Of a stretch of 64,000 bases of DNA, positions 30,051 through 40,853 are shown piece after piece. A model generated the notes under the pieces. It did no database searches. It was given only the letters and a program-made list of their open reading frames with translations, and was not told the origin of the DNA. The translations under genes were made by a program, and so were the position numbers. Source of the DNA: an uncultured bacterium (GTDB lineage Bacteria; Acidobacteriota; HRBIN11; JAKEFK01); NCBI GenBank assembly GCA_963777505.1, contig CAVZQN010000004.1, positions 544,001 through 608,000 of the forward strand. Direction: 5' to 3'. Numbering within the stretch: the stretch's first letter is position 1; each line of letters opens with the position of its first letter.

Positions 30051-30079
30051 CTTGGCAAAGAAGTTTCAAAACGTTAGAC
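30051..30079 (+). repeat. Direct repeat, copy 2 (partner at 26433-26462)
   Basis: Identical to copy 1 except for a 1-nt gap; ends 47 nt upstream of tRNA-Arg. Confidence 0.75.
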
Positions 30080-30126
30080 TATTGAATCACTTTCATCAAT
30101 CTGCTTTCATCTTCATCTTTCAATTT

Positions 30127-30200
30127 GGCCCTGTAGCTCAGTTGGATAGAGCAGCGGTTTCCTAAACCGTGTGTCGGGAGTTCGACTCTCTCCAGGGCCA
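30127..30200 (+). tRNA. tRNA-Arg(CCT)
   Basis: Acceptor GGCCCTG/CAGGGCC, anticodon arm GCGGT-TTCCTAA-ACCGT, T-loop TTCGACT; CCA not encoded. Confidence 0.94.
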
Positions 30201-30206
30201 CTAACT

Positions 30207-30240
30207 GATTTCAGATTTCAGATGTTAGATTTCAGATTGA
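30207..30240 (+). repeat. Heptamer tandem repeat (GATTTCA)n
   Basis: GATTTCA GATTTCA GATGTTA GATTTCA GATTGA directly after the tRNA. Confidence 0.75.
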
Positions 30241-30373
30241 AAGTATCCTGCCCGCTCGTTGATCCACGCAAAACGACCTTCTTTCATCATTCAGCTTTCA
30301 TAATTCCTGTTTGACTGTCTAATTTGGGGATTTTTCTGAAATCCGTGCGTTATTCAATAATGGAGCAAAACAA

Positions 30374-30859
30374 ATGAATAGAATCAACAAAATCGCAAGC
30401 TACGATATTGGGGCGGTTGTTCAGAACAAAGAACCAGAAGCACCGTCACAGCAAGCTCAGCCTGCGGCTAATTTTGGCATTGCAAACACTGCGGATATTT
30501 TTGAGTCGAATGTATCGAATAATCCCGACTTTCAGCAACCGCAACCTCAAAATTTTTCTGAAATGCAGTCATCTACAACGAAAGATACAACCGTGAACGC
30601 TTCTTTCTTTTTCTTACATCTGTTTGAAACTCTACGTCGAACAGAGGAAGACCAATTAAAACAACACACGGCCGAGTCAGATAAGTTGTTAGGAGAGAAA
30701 GAATCGTTGGCGTTGCTTATTGACAAGATGAGTGAACTCAAAGGATCGGAAGATGTTGCTATTCCCGAAATTGCAAAGCAATCCGTAATTCAGAATAACG
30801 ATGTTCCACCGGCAGTTTCATTTGATCCAGACATTCGAAAGCTTATTAACGAAGAATAA
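30374..30859 (+). CDS. Hypothetical protein, Q/P/N-rich N-terminus, putative secreted substrate
   Basis: GGAG RBS; GIAxxxDxFE motif shared with 53068-53496. Confidence 0.72.
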   Translation: MNRINKIASYDIGAVVQNKEPEAPSQQAQPAANFGIANTADIFESNVSNNPDFQQPQPQNFSEMQSSTTKDTTVNASFFFLHLFETLRRTEEDQLKQHTAESDKLLGEKESLALLIDKMSELKGSEDVAIPEIAKQSVIQNNDVPPAVSFDPDIRKLINEE

Positions 30860-30939
30860 GTAAGTAGGTAAGTACACGACAGATCAGCTCCACCATTTCA
30901 GGTTTCCGCATTTGGGAACTCACGCCGATCATTTATAAT

Positions 30940-33723
30940 GTGCGCATGCGAAATCTCAAATTATTTGTTGCGATATTTGTATTACTAAGTGACTTTGTTG
31001 TTGCACAAAATCCGTATGAGCCGGATAAACCGGAGGCGGGTTCTGTGGAAGCGATTGCGCGCGATACGACAGATCCGAAATTTATGAATCCATGGGTTGC
31101 TTATGTGCCGGACTCAGCTACAGTCCCTTCACCAACTGAGTATCTAGGACATATCGTGGGAGCGGCAGGTGAACTCACACATACGGCTAAGATCTATGGT
31201 TATCTGCGTGAGCTTGCAAAAGCATCTGATCGCGTGGAAGTAGAAGTGCTCGGCAAAACAGAAGAAGGGCGCGAGATCCTTCTGTTGATTGTTTCCGATG
31301 AACAGAACATCAAAAATCTTGCGCAGATCAAGCAGGCTACCGCGGCTCTCGCTGATCCACGTAAAACGTCACCGGAAGAAGCCGAACAGATCATCAAGTC
31401 GGCAAAGGCGATTTATTACTTCAATGCGGGTTTACATTCCACAGAAACGGGAAGTCCCGAAATGGTAATGGAGATGGCGTACCGCCTTGCGGTAAGCGAA
31501 CAGCCGCACATTCAGGAGATTCGCCGGAATGTGGTGGTGTTGATCAATCCTGTTTCCGAGCCGGATGGCCGCGACAAAGTTGTGGACTGGTTCTATCGAT
31601 ATCTTAAAGGCAAAACCGATTTCGATAATCTACCCCGGCGTACTCCTCCGTTCTGGGGTCAATATGTTTTTCATGACAACAATCGCGACTCACATCAGCA
31701 CGCATTGAAACTCACGCAAGCGGTCCATAAAATGTTTTACGATTACCATCCAATCGTCATGCATGATCTGCATGAATCCATTCCGTTGCTACTCGTTTGG
31801 AACGGGACCGGTCCATGGAATCCAAATCTCGATCCGATTGTGATTAGCGAAGCATTTGAAACGGCGCTGCACGAAATGACAACACTGACCGGATTTGGAA
31901 TGCCAGGAGTGTGGACCTGGGGCTTCGGTGAAGGCTGGGGACACCATTATCTTGATTCGCTGGCGATGAATCACAACGCGCTGGGACGCGGTTACGAAAC
32001 GTTCGGCAACTCTACTGCAGAAACGGTCACGCGCGTGCTGCGTCCGAATCAGGAACGTTATGTGGATAAGCCTGTCACGGAACGGGAATGGTATCGTCCG
32101 TGGCCGCCAGACAAAAAGATGAATTGGTCGTTGCGCAACAATACAAACTATATGCAAAGCGGATGTCTCGCGATCCTGAACTACACTGCAAAACATGCTC
32201 AGGAAATGCTGCGAAATTTTTACAGAAAAAGTTACAACTCCTGGCAGAATGGAGTGAAAGGAAATCCATACGCATTTGTCATTGCACCCGATCAGGGTGA
32301 CCGGCGCCGCGTAGCGCAGATGGTCGAACTGCTGCGCAGTCACAGAATCGAAGTACATCGCGCGACATCAGCAATCAAAGTCAAAGAAGGTGAATTTCCG
32401 AAAGGGAGTTACATGGTGCGGCTCGATCAACCGTATCGAAACTATGCTGTCGATTTACTGGAGCCGCAAAAATTTCCGACCGACACTCCCTATGAACCCT
32501 ATGATGATATCTCCTGGGCACTGACTGCACATTACGGAGTGGAAGCCAAACGGATCGATGATGCCGCAATCCTGAAGGTTGCGATCGAACCATTGGAAGG
32601 TCCGCTTGTTGTGCGCGGTCAAGTGAAAGGAAGCGGTCCTGTGTATCTGTTGAAAGATAGCGGACAGGAGGCCTTGCTGGCGGCGCGTGTGCGGCTATCG
32701 AATTATAAAGTAGAAATTGCGGAGCAGGCTTTTGAATCTGGTGGTATGAATTATCCACAGGGCTCATGGATTGTAACAGAAGCCGGTGGGACGCCGTCGA
32801 TACAAGATGTCGCAGAAGATCTGGCGCTGGACTTTGAAAGTGCAGCAAATGTGCCAGATGTAAAACGGCACGAGTCACCGCTTCCACGAATCGGTCTCTG
32901 GAGCCTGTGGGCTGATACGGAAGCTACCGGTTGGTTACGAATGACTCTGGATCAGCAAAAAATCCCATATACATATTTGCGCGACGAAGAGATTAGAACC
33001 GGTGGGTTGCGCAGCAAGTTTGATCTGATTTTATTTGGTGAAAATTATCAGGACGTTAAGACTCAGATTCATGGACTTGATCCGAAATTTGGTCCCATGC
33101 CCTACACAAAAACAGCGGAGTTCACACATCATGGAGTTCCGTATTCATCGGATGATATTACCGGGGGAATCGGTTGGGCAGGAATGGCTAACCTTGCACA
33201 GTTCCTTAAGGAAGGCGGCTTGCTTGTAACCTTGGGAAACGGTTCAGCGCTTCCTTTGGAAGGCGGACTGGTGCGCAATGTGCGGCGCGGTGGTGAGGCT
33301 ACATCACCCGGAGTAGAAATCGGAACAAAGTTTCTTCGGCAGGATCATCCGATTGCTTATGGGTATCCCGAAACAAGTTCCGTTTTTCGCCAGACTTATC
33401 AAACTTATAGTGTGCGTCCTGCGGATCGGCGTTGGATTGTGATGCAGTGGGGAACACGCCTGCCAAAACACGAACGTGAAATAGATGAGGATGACAAGAA
33501 AGAAGAAAAGAAAAAAGATGAGCCCAAAATGGTAGTGAGCGGCGGTATGAAAAGCACTGATGATCTCGAAGGACACGCTGCAATCCTTGATCTTCCAGCA
33601 GACGGCGGACGTGTCATCGCTTTCAATTTCAATCCGATGCATCGCGATCTGAATCATTCCGACTACCGGCTGCTGTGGAATGTGATTTTGAACTGGAAAG
33701 GCCTGCCACCGGTGGAACGCTAG
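30940..33723 (+). CDS. M14 family zinc carboxypeptidase, exported
   Basis: Signal peptide; GLHSTE (HxxE), HDNNRD, HDLHE. Confidence 0.9.
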   Translation: MRMRNLKLFVAIFVLLSDFVVAQNPYEPDKPEAGSVEAIARDTTDPKFMNPWVAYVPDSATVPSPTEYLGHIVGAAGELTHTAKIYGYLRELAKASDRVEVEVLGKTEEGREILLLIVSDEQNIKNLAQIKQATAALADPRKTSPEEAEQIIKSAKAIYYFNAGLHSTETGSPEMVMEMAYRLAVSEQPHIQEIRRNVVVLINPVSEPDGRDKVVDWFYRYLKGKTDFDNLPRRTPPFWGQYVFHDNNRDSHQHALKLTQAVHKMFYDYHPIVMHDLHESIPLLLVWNGTGPWNPNLDPIVISEAFETALHEMTTLTGFGMPGVWTWGFGEGWGHHYLDSLAMNHNALGRGYETFGNSTAETVTRVLRPNQERYVDKPVTEREWYRPWPPDKKMNWSLRNNTNYMQSGCLAILNYTAKHAQEMLRNFYRKSYNSWQNGVKGNPYAFVIAPDQGDRRRVAQMVELLRSHRIEVHRATSAIKVKEGEFPKGSYMVRLDQPYRNYAVDLLEPQKFPTDTPYEPYDDISWALTAHYGVEAKRIDDAAILKVAIEPLEGPLVVRGQVKGSGPVYLLKDSGQEALLAARVRLSNYKVEIAEQAFESGGMNYPQGSWIVTEAGGTPSIQDVAEDLALDFESAANVPDVKRHESPLPRIGLWSLWADTEATGWLRMTLDQQKIPYTYLRDEEIRTGGLRSKFDLILFGENYQDVKTQIHGLDPKFGPMPYTKTAEFTHHGVPYSSDDITGGIGWAGMANLAQFLKEGGLLVTLGNGSALPLEGGLVRNVRRGGEATSPGVEIGTKFLRQDHPIAYGYPETSSVFRQTYQTYSVRPADRRWIVMQWGTRLPKHEREIDEDDKKEEKKKDEPKMVVSGGMKSTDDLEGHAAILDLPADGGRVIAFNFNPMHRDLNHSDYRLLWNVILNWKGLPPVER

Positions 33724-33762
33724 TGCGGTAGATCTTCGCGTCTCTGTGGTTAAATACAATTG

Positions 33763-36489
33763 ATGGACAACACGCCGAGTTTGATCGGCAAAACAATTTC
33801 TCATTATCGAATCCTGGAACATTTGGGCGGAGGAGGGATGGGAGTTGTCTATCGCGCCGAAGATACGAAGCTAGGAAGAACTGTTGCATTGAAATTTCTT
33901 CCACCGGAGCTTTCGCAAGATTCGCAGTCATTGGATCGATTTCAACGCGAAGCTCGCGCCGCATCATCATTAAATCATCCCAACATCTGTACGATTCATG
34001 ACATTGACTCCGGATTTGTTTGCGAAAACGGATCACAGTTATCGGACCATCCGATCCATTTCATTGTTATGGAATTGCTGGAAGGGCAAACTCTCAAGCA
34101 TCGCATTGCATCAGGTCCGCTTGAAACAAAAGAATTTCTAGATATTGCAGTTCAAATCGCTGATGCCCTGGACGCTGCACATTCACGAAGCATTATTCAC
34201 CGCGACATCAAACCGGCCAACATTTTCTTTACGGTTCGAAGACAGGCCAAGATCATGGATTTCGGACTCGCTAAGCTCGTGCAAAAGGATGCAAACAATT
34301 CTGAAGTATCAGCGTTGCAAACAACACCCCCTAGTGAATTGACTGGGGCCGGTATGACGATGGGGACTATTGCCTACATGTCTCCGGAACAGGCGAAGGC
34401 TCTGGATTTAGATGCAAGAACAGATCTGTTTTCGTTCGGTATCGTTCTTTACGAAATGGCAACTGGCCATCAACCTTTTTCAGGTAGTACCAATGCCATC
34501 ATTTTTGACGGCATTCTAAATCGTCAACCACCGAATCCTCTCAGCTTTAATCCAATGCTGCCTGCACAATTGGAGCCAATCATTTCCAAGGCGTTGGAAA
34601 AGGATCGGGACATCCGTTGTCAGACGGCAGGTGAGTTACGCGCGGATTTGATGAGACTCAAGCGCGACATCGAATCCGGTAAATCATCTGCGGTAAGTGG
34701 AGCCGTAATTCAAACATCTGCAAGCGGTCGAGCTTCTACCACAGTAGTAGGCGCGGCTCAATCGGTTTCCAAGCCCTCCACAAAATTCTTCGTCCCGATC
34801 ATCGCTTTGCTGATGTTTGCAGCGTTTGCCGGCTATTATTTTTGGCCAAAAAAATCGGCTGCGCCTCCGGTAACAATGCCAGGTAAGGTTCTCAAAATCA
34901 GCCAGTGGAATAAACTGATCTACTCCGCAAAACTATCTCCTGATGGAAATGCTGTTGCGTTCATATCTCCGGTAGGAAACGTAACTCAAGTTTTTGTGAT
35001 GCTGATTTCCGGCGGAGAGCCATTGCAACTCACGAATGATGAGAGCACCAAGTTTGTCACTGGATTTTCACCCGATGGTAAGGAGATTTATTACAGCCGT
35101 ACCCTTGGACTGAATGAAATTTGGTCTGTCCCAACTTTAGGAGGGACACCTACACGTGTTCTTTCTGCAAGTGACATGCTGGTCGCGCCTGATGGAAATT
35201 CCTTTTTTTATTTCAAAACAGGAAACACAAGAATTTTCCGATCCGGAAAATCGGGACTAAGTGAAGAAGTCATCTATGATTTTGAGAAGAACCCCTTGAG
35301 CCGCCAAACTGTTCTGGTTTTCCCGGATGGTAAATTTATTTTGATCGGTGTGCGAAGTTTAAAAGATAGAAACGATAGACGGTTGCTTAAGCTTGATGTT
35401 GAAAAACGTAAAACGGAAGTACTGAATTCGAAAATGGAAGATGATCTAAATGAGGGCGTCTGGGAAAAACCAGGAGAAACCGTTTTATTCAGCCGCAATG
35501 TAAACGGACTGATCAATATCTGGAGATACGATCTTGGTACAAAACAGATGACGCAGGTTACAACAGGACCTGGCCCAGATTTCAGTCCTATGCCTGACCC
35601 CGGCGGCAAAGGTCTTTACTTTGTTAACGGAAAGGATTCGGGTTCATTGGTTTCTTATAATGTGAAAAACGGCACAAGTACGGAAATTGTATCTGAACTT
35701 TCCACTCAACCCGTTGTATCTCCGGATGGGAAACGAGTTTGTTTTATGAAGATACTGGCTCATCAAGATGAACTATGGGTCTCAGATCTCGATGGAAAAA
35801 ATTCTCAAAGGCTCGCATTTGGGGAAATGCTTGGAACTGGAATGTGGTCATTCGATAACACTCGCGTGGGCTTTGCCGCTCGACAGAAAGGCGAAGGAAA
35901 GCTGAAGGGATATCTCATCGATGTGGATGGTCGAAATCTTACACGCATCGGAGATTTAGATGGGAATGCTCAGAACATCAATTGGGCTGCTGATGGAAAA
36001 ACAATTTTTGTCGGTTCTCAGTTAGGGAGCAAACTTATACTCTGGAAAGCAAATTCCGATGGCACAGGAGTAGAAAAATTCCTGGAGGATTTTTTTTACA
36101 ACATGGAAGCAACACCTGATGGAAAATATCTGTTGGGATTGATCTTTGTTGGAGAGGAGACCGGTATTTATCAAGTTTCTTTGGCTGACCGAAAAAGGAT
36201 TCCATTGCTTCCCGGAGTAGAAACTGTCATGGTTCGCATGTCAGCAGATAAAAAAGCTTTTCTATATTCAGTCAACGGCAAAGGAGAAATTGTTTTTTAT
36301 CGCCAGGAATGGGTGGACGGCAAATTAATCGGAGAACCTAAAGTTGTTTTGAAACTACCGTTTTCGTTTCCACCAAATATTGGTGGAAATGCTTACGACT
36401 TTTCTGCCGATTTATCCCACGTCGTTTTAGCTAAAATCGGTGGGCAAAATGATCTTTATTTAATGGAAAGCCCGCAAGCAAGCAAATAA
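33763..36489 (+). CDS. Ser/Thr protein kinase with TM helix and TolB/PD40 beta-propeller
   Basis: [26 protein letters not shown]; SPDG repeats C-terminal to the TM helix. Confidence 0.93.
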   Translation: MDNTPSLIGKTISHYRILEHLGGGGMGVVYRAEDTKLGRTVALKFLPPELSQDSQSLDRFQREARAASSLNHPNICTIHDIDSGFVCENGSQLSDHPIHFIVMELLEGQTLKHRIASGPLETKEFLDIAVQIADALDAAHSRSIIHRDIKPANIFFTVRRQAKIMDFGLAKLVQKDANNSEVSALQTTPPSELTGAGMTMGTIAYMSPEQAKALDLDARTDLFSFGIVLYEMATGHQPFSGSTNAIIFDGILNRQPPNPLSFNPMLPAQLEPIISKALEKDRDIRCQTAGELRADLMRLKRDIESGKSSAVSGAVIQTSASGRASTTVVGAAQSVSKPSTKFFVPIIALLMFAAFAGYYFWPKKSAAPPVTMPGKVLKISQWNKLIYSAKLSPDGNAVAFISPVGNVTQVFVMLISGGEPLQLTNDESTKFVTGFSPDGKEIYYSRTLGLNEIWSVPTLGGTPTRVLSASDMLVAPDGNSFFYFKTGNTRIFRSGKSGLSEEVIYDFEKNPLSRQTVLVFPDGKFILIGVRSLKDRNDRRLLKLDVEKRKTEVLNSKMEDDLNEGVWEKPGETVLFSRNVNGLINIWRYDLGTKQMTQVTTGPGPDFSPMPDPGGKGLYFVNGKDSGSLVSYNVKNGTSTEIVSELSTQPVVSPDGKRVCFMKILAHQDELWVSDLDGKNSQRLAFGEMLGTGMWSFDNTRVGFAARQKGEGKLKGYLIDVDGRNLTRIGDLDGNAQNINWAADGKTIFVGSQLGSKLILWKANSDGTGVEKFLEDFFYNMEATPDGKYLLGLIFVGEETGIYQVSLADRKRIPLLPGVETVMVRMSADKKAFLYSVNGKGEIVFYRQEWVDGKLIGEPKVVLKLPFSFPPNIGGNAYDFSADLSHVVLAKIGGQNDLYLMESPQASK

Positions 36490-36609
36490 GTTTGCTAGAT
36501 ATCGGAACTAGTGGTATCCCTGCGATCTTTCTGATTTCCATACAGCACCTCTCAGGTGCACAAGATGAATAATCATGGTACTTATTGGTAAGTACGAAAT
36601 TATCAAAGT

Positions 36610-37125
36610 ATGATCGGGCCAATCTACATCATTGTTGGTGCAGCCGGGATTGCTGTTGCGGTTGTGTTTTTGATCAGGAAATGGAATGCAAGATCACGAA
36701 AAGATCTGCAAAAAGTTACTGAAGAACAGCGCAATGCGGCTGGCTATGCTTTAGAGCTTTTTCAACCTTTCCACTGGGAAGCGCTCCATTTTGCAATTCT
36801 TTCTGAAGAGTTCAGAAGATCTGGCGATGAGAAACGCGATTCCCAAAAAGCAGAATTAATTAAGGGATACTTAAAGGCGTTTGATTCACTTCAGGATGAA
36901 GTGAAAAGTTTAGATGGCAAGCTTGACTCGAATGAAATCAACAAGTTTGTGACTGTTAATTTGCGCGACGAAATAAATAAAATTGTGAAGACACTCGGTG
37001 AAGCCTGCCGTCTTGCTCAAGAAGAAACGGATCTGGCGAAATGTTTCCAACTTATTGAAACTGCTTATCGCGACAGCGCTCAGATTGAAAAATCACTCAG
37101 ATCTCGTTTCCGAAGATCAAATTGA
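36610..37125 (+). CDS. Hypothetical protein with N-terminal membrane anchor
   Basis: Hydrophobic N-terminal helix, helical body; fills the gap. Confidence 0.65.
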   Translation: MIGPIYIIVGAAGIAVAVVFLIRKWNARSRKDLQKVTEEQRNAAGYALELFQPFHWEALHFAILSEEFRRSGDEKRDSQKAELIKGYLKAFDSLQDEVKSLDGKLDSNEINKFVTVNLRDEINKIVKTLGEACRLAQEETDLAKCFQLIETAYRDSAQIEKSLRSRFRRSN

Positions 37126-37587
37126 TTACGGCTCTTTAGGTAAGGCCAAGGAAGCTTGTCCGAATACATACTTCCAACCATCTTTTGTGCGAATGTAGGT
37201 ATCGCTAAACCACAGTTTTCGTTCGAAGGATTGTCCGTCCTGGGTGCCTTTGAGCCATAACTTGGCGGTTACAACGGCAGTATCTCCCCATACCCGTACC
37301 TTTTGCGAATCATCAATTTCCTTTTGCTGTTCATAAACAATTTTACCTTCACGAGCTCCATTGATGAGATCTGATTTTGTATAGACAGTTCCATTCCCCA
37401 AAACCAATACAAACTCGTCATGCAGAATCCGATCCATCGTTTTGGTATCGTTTTTTTCTACAGCTGCCTGATATTCAGTATCAAGCGCCGCAACAATTTC
37501 TGCGTCGGTCTTGCTTGATTCCGCGGATGCGAAAGACTGAAAAGTCGAGAGTGCTACCAGTACCGAAAATAGAAATAGTATTTTCAT
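37126..37587 (-). CDS. NTF2-like (DUF4440) exported protein
   Basis: Signal peptide, VRVWGDTAVV, FSDTY...GWK; GGAGG RBS. Confidence 0.85.
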   Translation of the reverse strand: MKILFLFSVLVALSTFQSFASAESSKTDAEIVAALDTEYQAAVEKNDTKTMDRILHDEFVLVLGNGTVYTKSDLINGAREGKIVYEQQKEIDDSQKVRVWGDTAVVTAKLWLKGTQDGQSFERKLWFSDTYIRTKDGWKYVFGQASLALPKEP

Positions 37588-37655
37588 AGTTATCCTCCGG
37601 AAAATATCATTGAACTTTAGATGAGGTCATTCAAAAAGTAACTTTGGGAGTAGAT

Positions 37656-38144
37656 TTATCTATAACTTGAGATAGACTCCGTGTCTTCCGTGACTCTGTG
37701 GTTAAATGTACGGATTCCAAAATAGTACGTCCAAAAAATGGCGAACAATTGGAATGGTACTCGAGCAAGAAGATAGATTGGTCCCATTTGGTGTCCTCCA
37801 AATTCTAAATTCTGAAATGCGGAATAGATATTGGCAGGCAGAACACCGATTAAAAACAATATCAGTGCAATGCTTGCTGCACGTACAAATCGTGGAATCA
37901 GCAATCCAATTGCACCCAAAATTTCAAGCACACCTGTGATGTAAATGATCTCCTTTCGCATCGGCATAAATGCTGGCAGCATCTGCATCATTTTTTCTGT
38001 CAGAAAAAAATGGCCGATTCCAGTAAAAATGAAAAACAAAGCTAGACTAATCCGTCCGCGGAGATTGGGACTGCCGATTTTGAATAAGGAAAGGAGGGCA
38101 TAGGTTCCTACAAGGATGAGTAAGAGCATTAAGAGTTGGAGCAT
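37656..38144 (-). CDS. DoxX-like membrane protein
   Basis: TGIGHF, TGVLEILGAIGLL, PANIY, RVPFQ. Confidence 0.82.
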   Translation of the reverse strand: MLQLLMLLLILVGTYALLSLFKIGSPNLRGRISLALFFIFTGIGHFFLTEKMMQMLPAFMPMRKEIIYITGVLEILGAIGLLIPRFVRAASIALILFLIGVLPANIYSAFQNLEFGGHQMGPIYLLARVPFQLFAIFWTYYFGIRTFNHRVTEDTESISSYR

Positions 38145-38156
38145 AATCTATTTATA

Positions 38157-38233
38157 GCAGGCTCGACGCCTGCGGTCCCTTATGCGGACGGGACGTCCGC
38201 GGTCCCCGATGCAGACGGGACGACTGCCGTCCC
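38157..38233 (+). repeat. Three tandem REP-like palindromes (27-nt period)
   Basis: GCAGGCTCGACGCCTGCGGTCCC, GCGGACGGGACGTCCGCGGTCCC, GCAGACGGGACGACTGCCGTCCC. Confidence 0.8.
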
Positions 38234-39424
38234 CTGAGTATCCAGGACGTATCGCGCAAAACGGAAGCTGCTTGTAAATGCTGGAGAGACGGCATTCAGG
38301 ATATGTGTACTGTTTTCGGTATGTTCAACAAGAAAGTCCATAACGAGTTCTCGTTTTTCAAGGTCCAAAAGTTGTGCGCGAATTCCGGATTTCCTGCAAG
38401 GAACAAGATGATGTGAGCGAATCCGCGGGATCAATGCGCGCGCATCCTTGGCAAAATTTCGTCGAAACAAGCGACGCACTTCATCGCGAACCAACATGCG
38501 AAATCCTTGCGCATTCCTAAAATATTGCTGCGCAATCGACTTTGCAATCACATTTGCATCTCTCAAATTCACGCCATGGATCCCACTATAGTGTTCTCTT
38601 CCTAACGCCGGCGTTGCAGTAGGTCCGATGTAAACATGATCATCAATTGTGCGCGTGAAGTGCACGCCTAAAAATGGGACGCGCAAATCAGGCACCGGAT
38701 AAATTAAGCTATTCACTCGAATTCCGGATTGTTCGGAAAGTTGATAATAGGAGCCGCGAAACGGGAGGATTGTGTATTTTTCTGCAATCCCGAATTCTTT
38801 CGCAATGACATCTGCAAAAACTCCAGCCGTGTTATACAGATATCCATAATTGAATTCTCCCTTGGATGTCTTCAGGACTCGACCGCGCACTCCAGTCACT
38901 TTGGTATCGGTGAAAATTGAGACTCCGGCGGATTGCAGCGTATTGGCCAAATGGTTCAAGATAGCAACAGAATCTACGACACTCGTATCAGGACAATGCA
39001 ATGCGCGTCCGCTGCAAGAGACAGCTTCTGGTTCGATCCGGGTTAATTCTTTTTGATCGATTAAGTAGGCGCGCGCCCCATTAGAATGAGCTCGCTCCAG
39101 CAAAACATCGATTTGCGGATCGTCTTCAATTCTAACCGGTAAAATGACTTTACCGGTTATACGGATCGGCAGCTTATTTTCGACACAATATTGGGCCATT
39201 TCCCGTGCGCCTTCTGAGCACAGCTGAGCTTTTAAGGAACCAGAAGCGTAATAAATACCGGTATGAAGCACTCCACTGTTGCGTCCGCTTGCATGCATGC
39301 CGGGACGTTGCTCTTTCTCAAAAATCGCAATCGTACTTGCCGGCATTCTCTTGTGCAATTCTCGCGCGATTGCGAGCCCCATAATCCCTGCACCGGCAAT
39401 GACAAAGTCAAAACTCTTTGACAT
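38180..39424 (-). CDS. lhgO: L-2-hydroxyglutarate oxidase
   Basis: GAGIMG FAD motif, HASGRNSGVLHTG, IYPVPD, FLGVH, GIRAQ, NAVSPAFT. Confidence 0.88.
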   Translation of the reverse strand: MSKSFDFVIAGAGIMGLAIARELHKRMPASTIAIFEKEQRPGMHASGRNSGVLHTGIYYASGSLKAQLCSEGAREMAQYCVENKLPIRITGKVILPVRIEDDPQIDVLLERAHSNGARAYLIDQKELTRIEPEAVSCSGRALHCPDTSVVDSVAILNHLANTLQSAGVSIFTDTKVTGVRGRVLKTSKGEFNYGYLYNTAGVFADVIAKEFGIAEKYTILPFRGSYYQLSEQSGIRVNSLIYPVPDLRVPFLGVHFTRTIDDHVYIGPTATPALGREHYSGIHGVNLRDANVIAKSIAQQYFRNAQGFRMLVRDEVRRLFRRNFAKDARALIPRIRSHHLVPCRKSGIRAQLLDLEKRELVMDFLVEHTENSTHILNAVSPAFTSSFRFARYVLDTQGTAVVPSASGTADVPSA

Positions 39425-39425
39425 C

Positions 39426-40718
39426 CTAATTTTTCTGGTGCAATTGCTTCCAGCGCATCGAGTTTAGAATGCGAGTTCTTCCTGATGGATGGTCATAAAA
39501 CAAAAGTTCAATTGTAGGATGTGGATCCAGGTCCCGGTATTCACCGAGTTTTAGAAATGTAGTCGCAGCGGCATCAGGGAACTTACTTGCATTGAGTCCG
39601 AAGTTATCGGCATCCAGTTCCATCGTTCTGCCATAAGAATTGAAAATCGGAGTCAATACAAACAGAAACAAGCCAAGCAGCAGCACGAACAAAGGCAAGC
39701 CGGCTACATCAGAGACGGATTCGACTCCGATATTTGGCCAACGTGTCACTATTTTTGCAAAGGCCCAGCGCACAAATAAGAAGCCTATAACGATAGCGGC
39801 TCCAAAGAACGCAACTCCCTTCCAGACATGATTCAAAACATAATGCCCCATTTCATGTCCCATAATCATTTGTATTTCTTCGGGCGTGCATCGCTTCAAC
39901 GTTGTGTCAAACATTACGATACGCATTGTGCCAAGCATTCCATTTACAAATGCGCTAATTCGATCGGTGCGCTTACTTGCATCCATTTCGTAGACTTCAT
40001 TGGCAGGAATCCCTTGCTCGCGGGCCATTGTCAGGATGCTTTCACGAATAGTTGGATCTTTTATGGGAGTAAATTTGTTGAACAAGGGCAGAATAAAAAC
40101 CGGCGCAATCGCAATTGCGATAATCATAAAAACAATCATGACTGCCGATCCCCAGAGCCACCATGTACGCGGTGTTCGTTTCAAAACTCCATAAAGGATC
40201 ATTAAGAGAATTGCGCCAAAAATGATATTCAGCAGAAGTCCAATGCCTTGATCGGAGAGCCATCCTGAGAAACTTTGAGTCAGCAATCCATACGCTTTTT
40301 CCCTGTAGTAAGACTTATACACAGTTAGCGGAAAATTAACGAGAGTTAGAACAATTACAAATTGAACCCAATAGAATGCAGTTTGTAGTGCGCGAATGCC
40401 TGTGATTCTTTGTGCCAGATTTCTGAATCGAACCGATAATCCAGTGGACATCAAAAGAATCATCAAGATGGAAGTGAAAAGAAAATCCACGACTGTAAAA
40501 ACATAATTTCCACGTGCATATGATTTTGTTTTTTGACGTCGTTCTATTGGCACTGCGTCGAGATAAGCCCTGGTTGCGGCAAACGGATCCTGAATCTTTG
40601 CAGCCTCAGCGGCTTTTTCAGGATCAAGAGGGACCACGACGGGCTTTGCCGCAAAACATTCTTGCGAAAAGCTAATTGCTAAGCTCAAGAGAATAAAAAT
40701 GAGAAGGTGTTTCTTCAT
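39426..40718 (-). CDS. M48 family (Ste24-like) metallopeptidase
   Basis: HEMGH, ELDAD, YDHPSG-x-R; several TM helices. Confidence 0.9.
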   Translation of the reverse strand: MKKHLLIFILLSLAISFSQECFAAKPVVVPLDPEKAAEAAKIQDPFAATRAYLDAVPIERRQKTKSYARGNYVFTVVDFLFTSILMILLMSTGLSVRFRNLAQRITGIRALQTAFYWVQFVIVLTLVNFPLTVYKSYYREKAYGLLTQSFSGWLSDQGIGLLLNIIFGAILLMILYGVLKRTPRTWWLWGSAVMIVFMIIAIAIAPVFILPLFNKFTPIKDPTIRESILTMAREQGIPANEVYEMDASKRTDRISAFVNGMLGTMRIVMFDTTLKRCTPEEIQMIMGHEMGHYVLNHVWKGVAFFGAAIVIGFLFVRWAFAKIVTRWPNIGVESVSDVAGLPLFVLLLGLFLFVLTPIFNSYGRTMELDADNFGLNASKFPDAAATTFLKLGEYRDLDPHPTIELLFYDHPSGRTRILNSMRWKQLHQKN

Positions 40719-40853
40719 ATTCACCTCATTTAAGGCGCGCCTTTTGCGGTTCCTTGGTGCGAAAGCCGGGCCTTTGATTAGTTATTATCATTGCACAACT
40801 CATTGAAATTGAGTTATGCAGGCCCATAATCAATGCGGTGGATGCGAGGGCAT

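Noticed and set aside
30052-30068. Sigma54 promoter (TTGGCA-N6-TTTCA)
   Set aside because: The -12 GC is replaced by TC and the other copy has different spacing.
30127-30373. Prophage or integrative element at the tRNA-Arg 3' end
   Set aside because: No integrase and no duplicated tRNA 3' end was found in the window.
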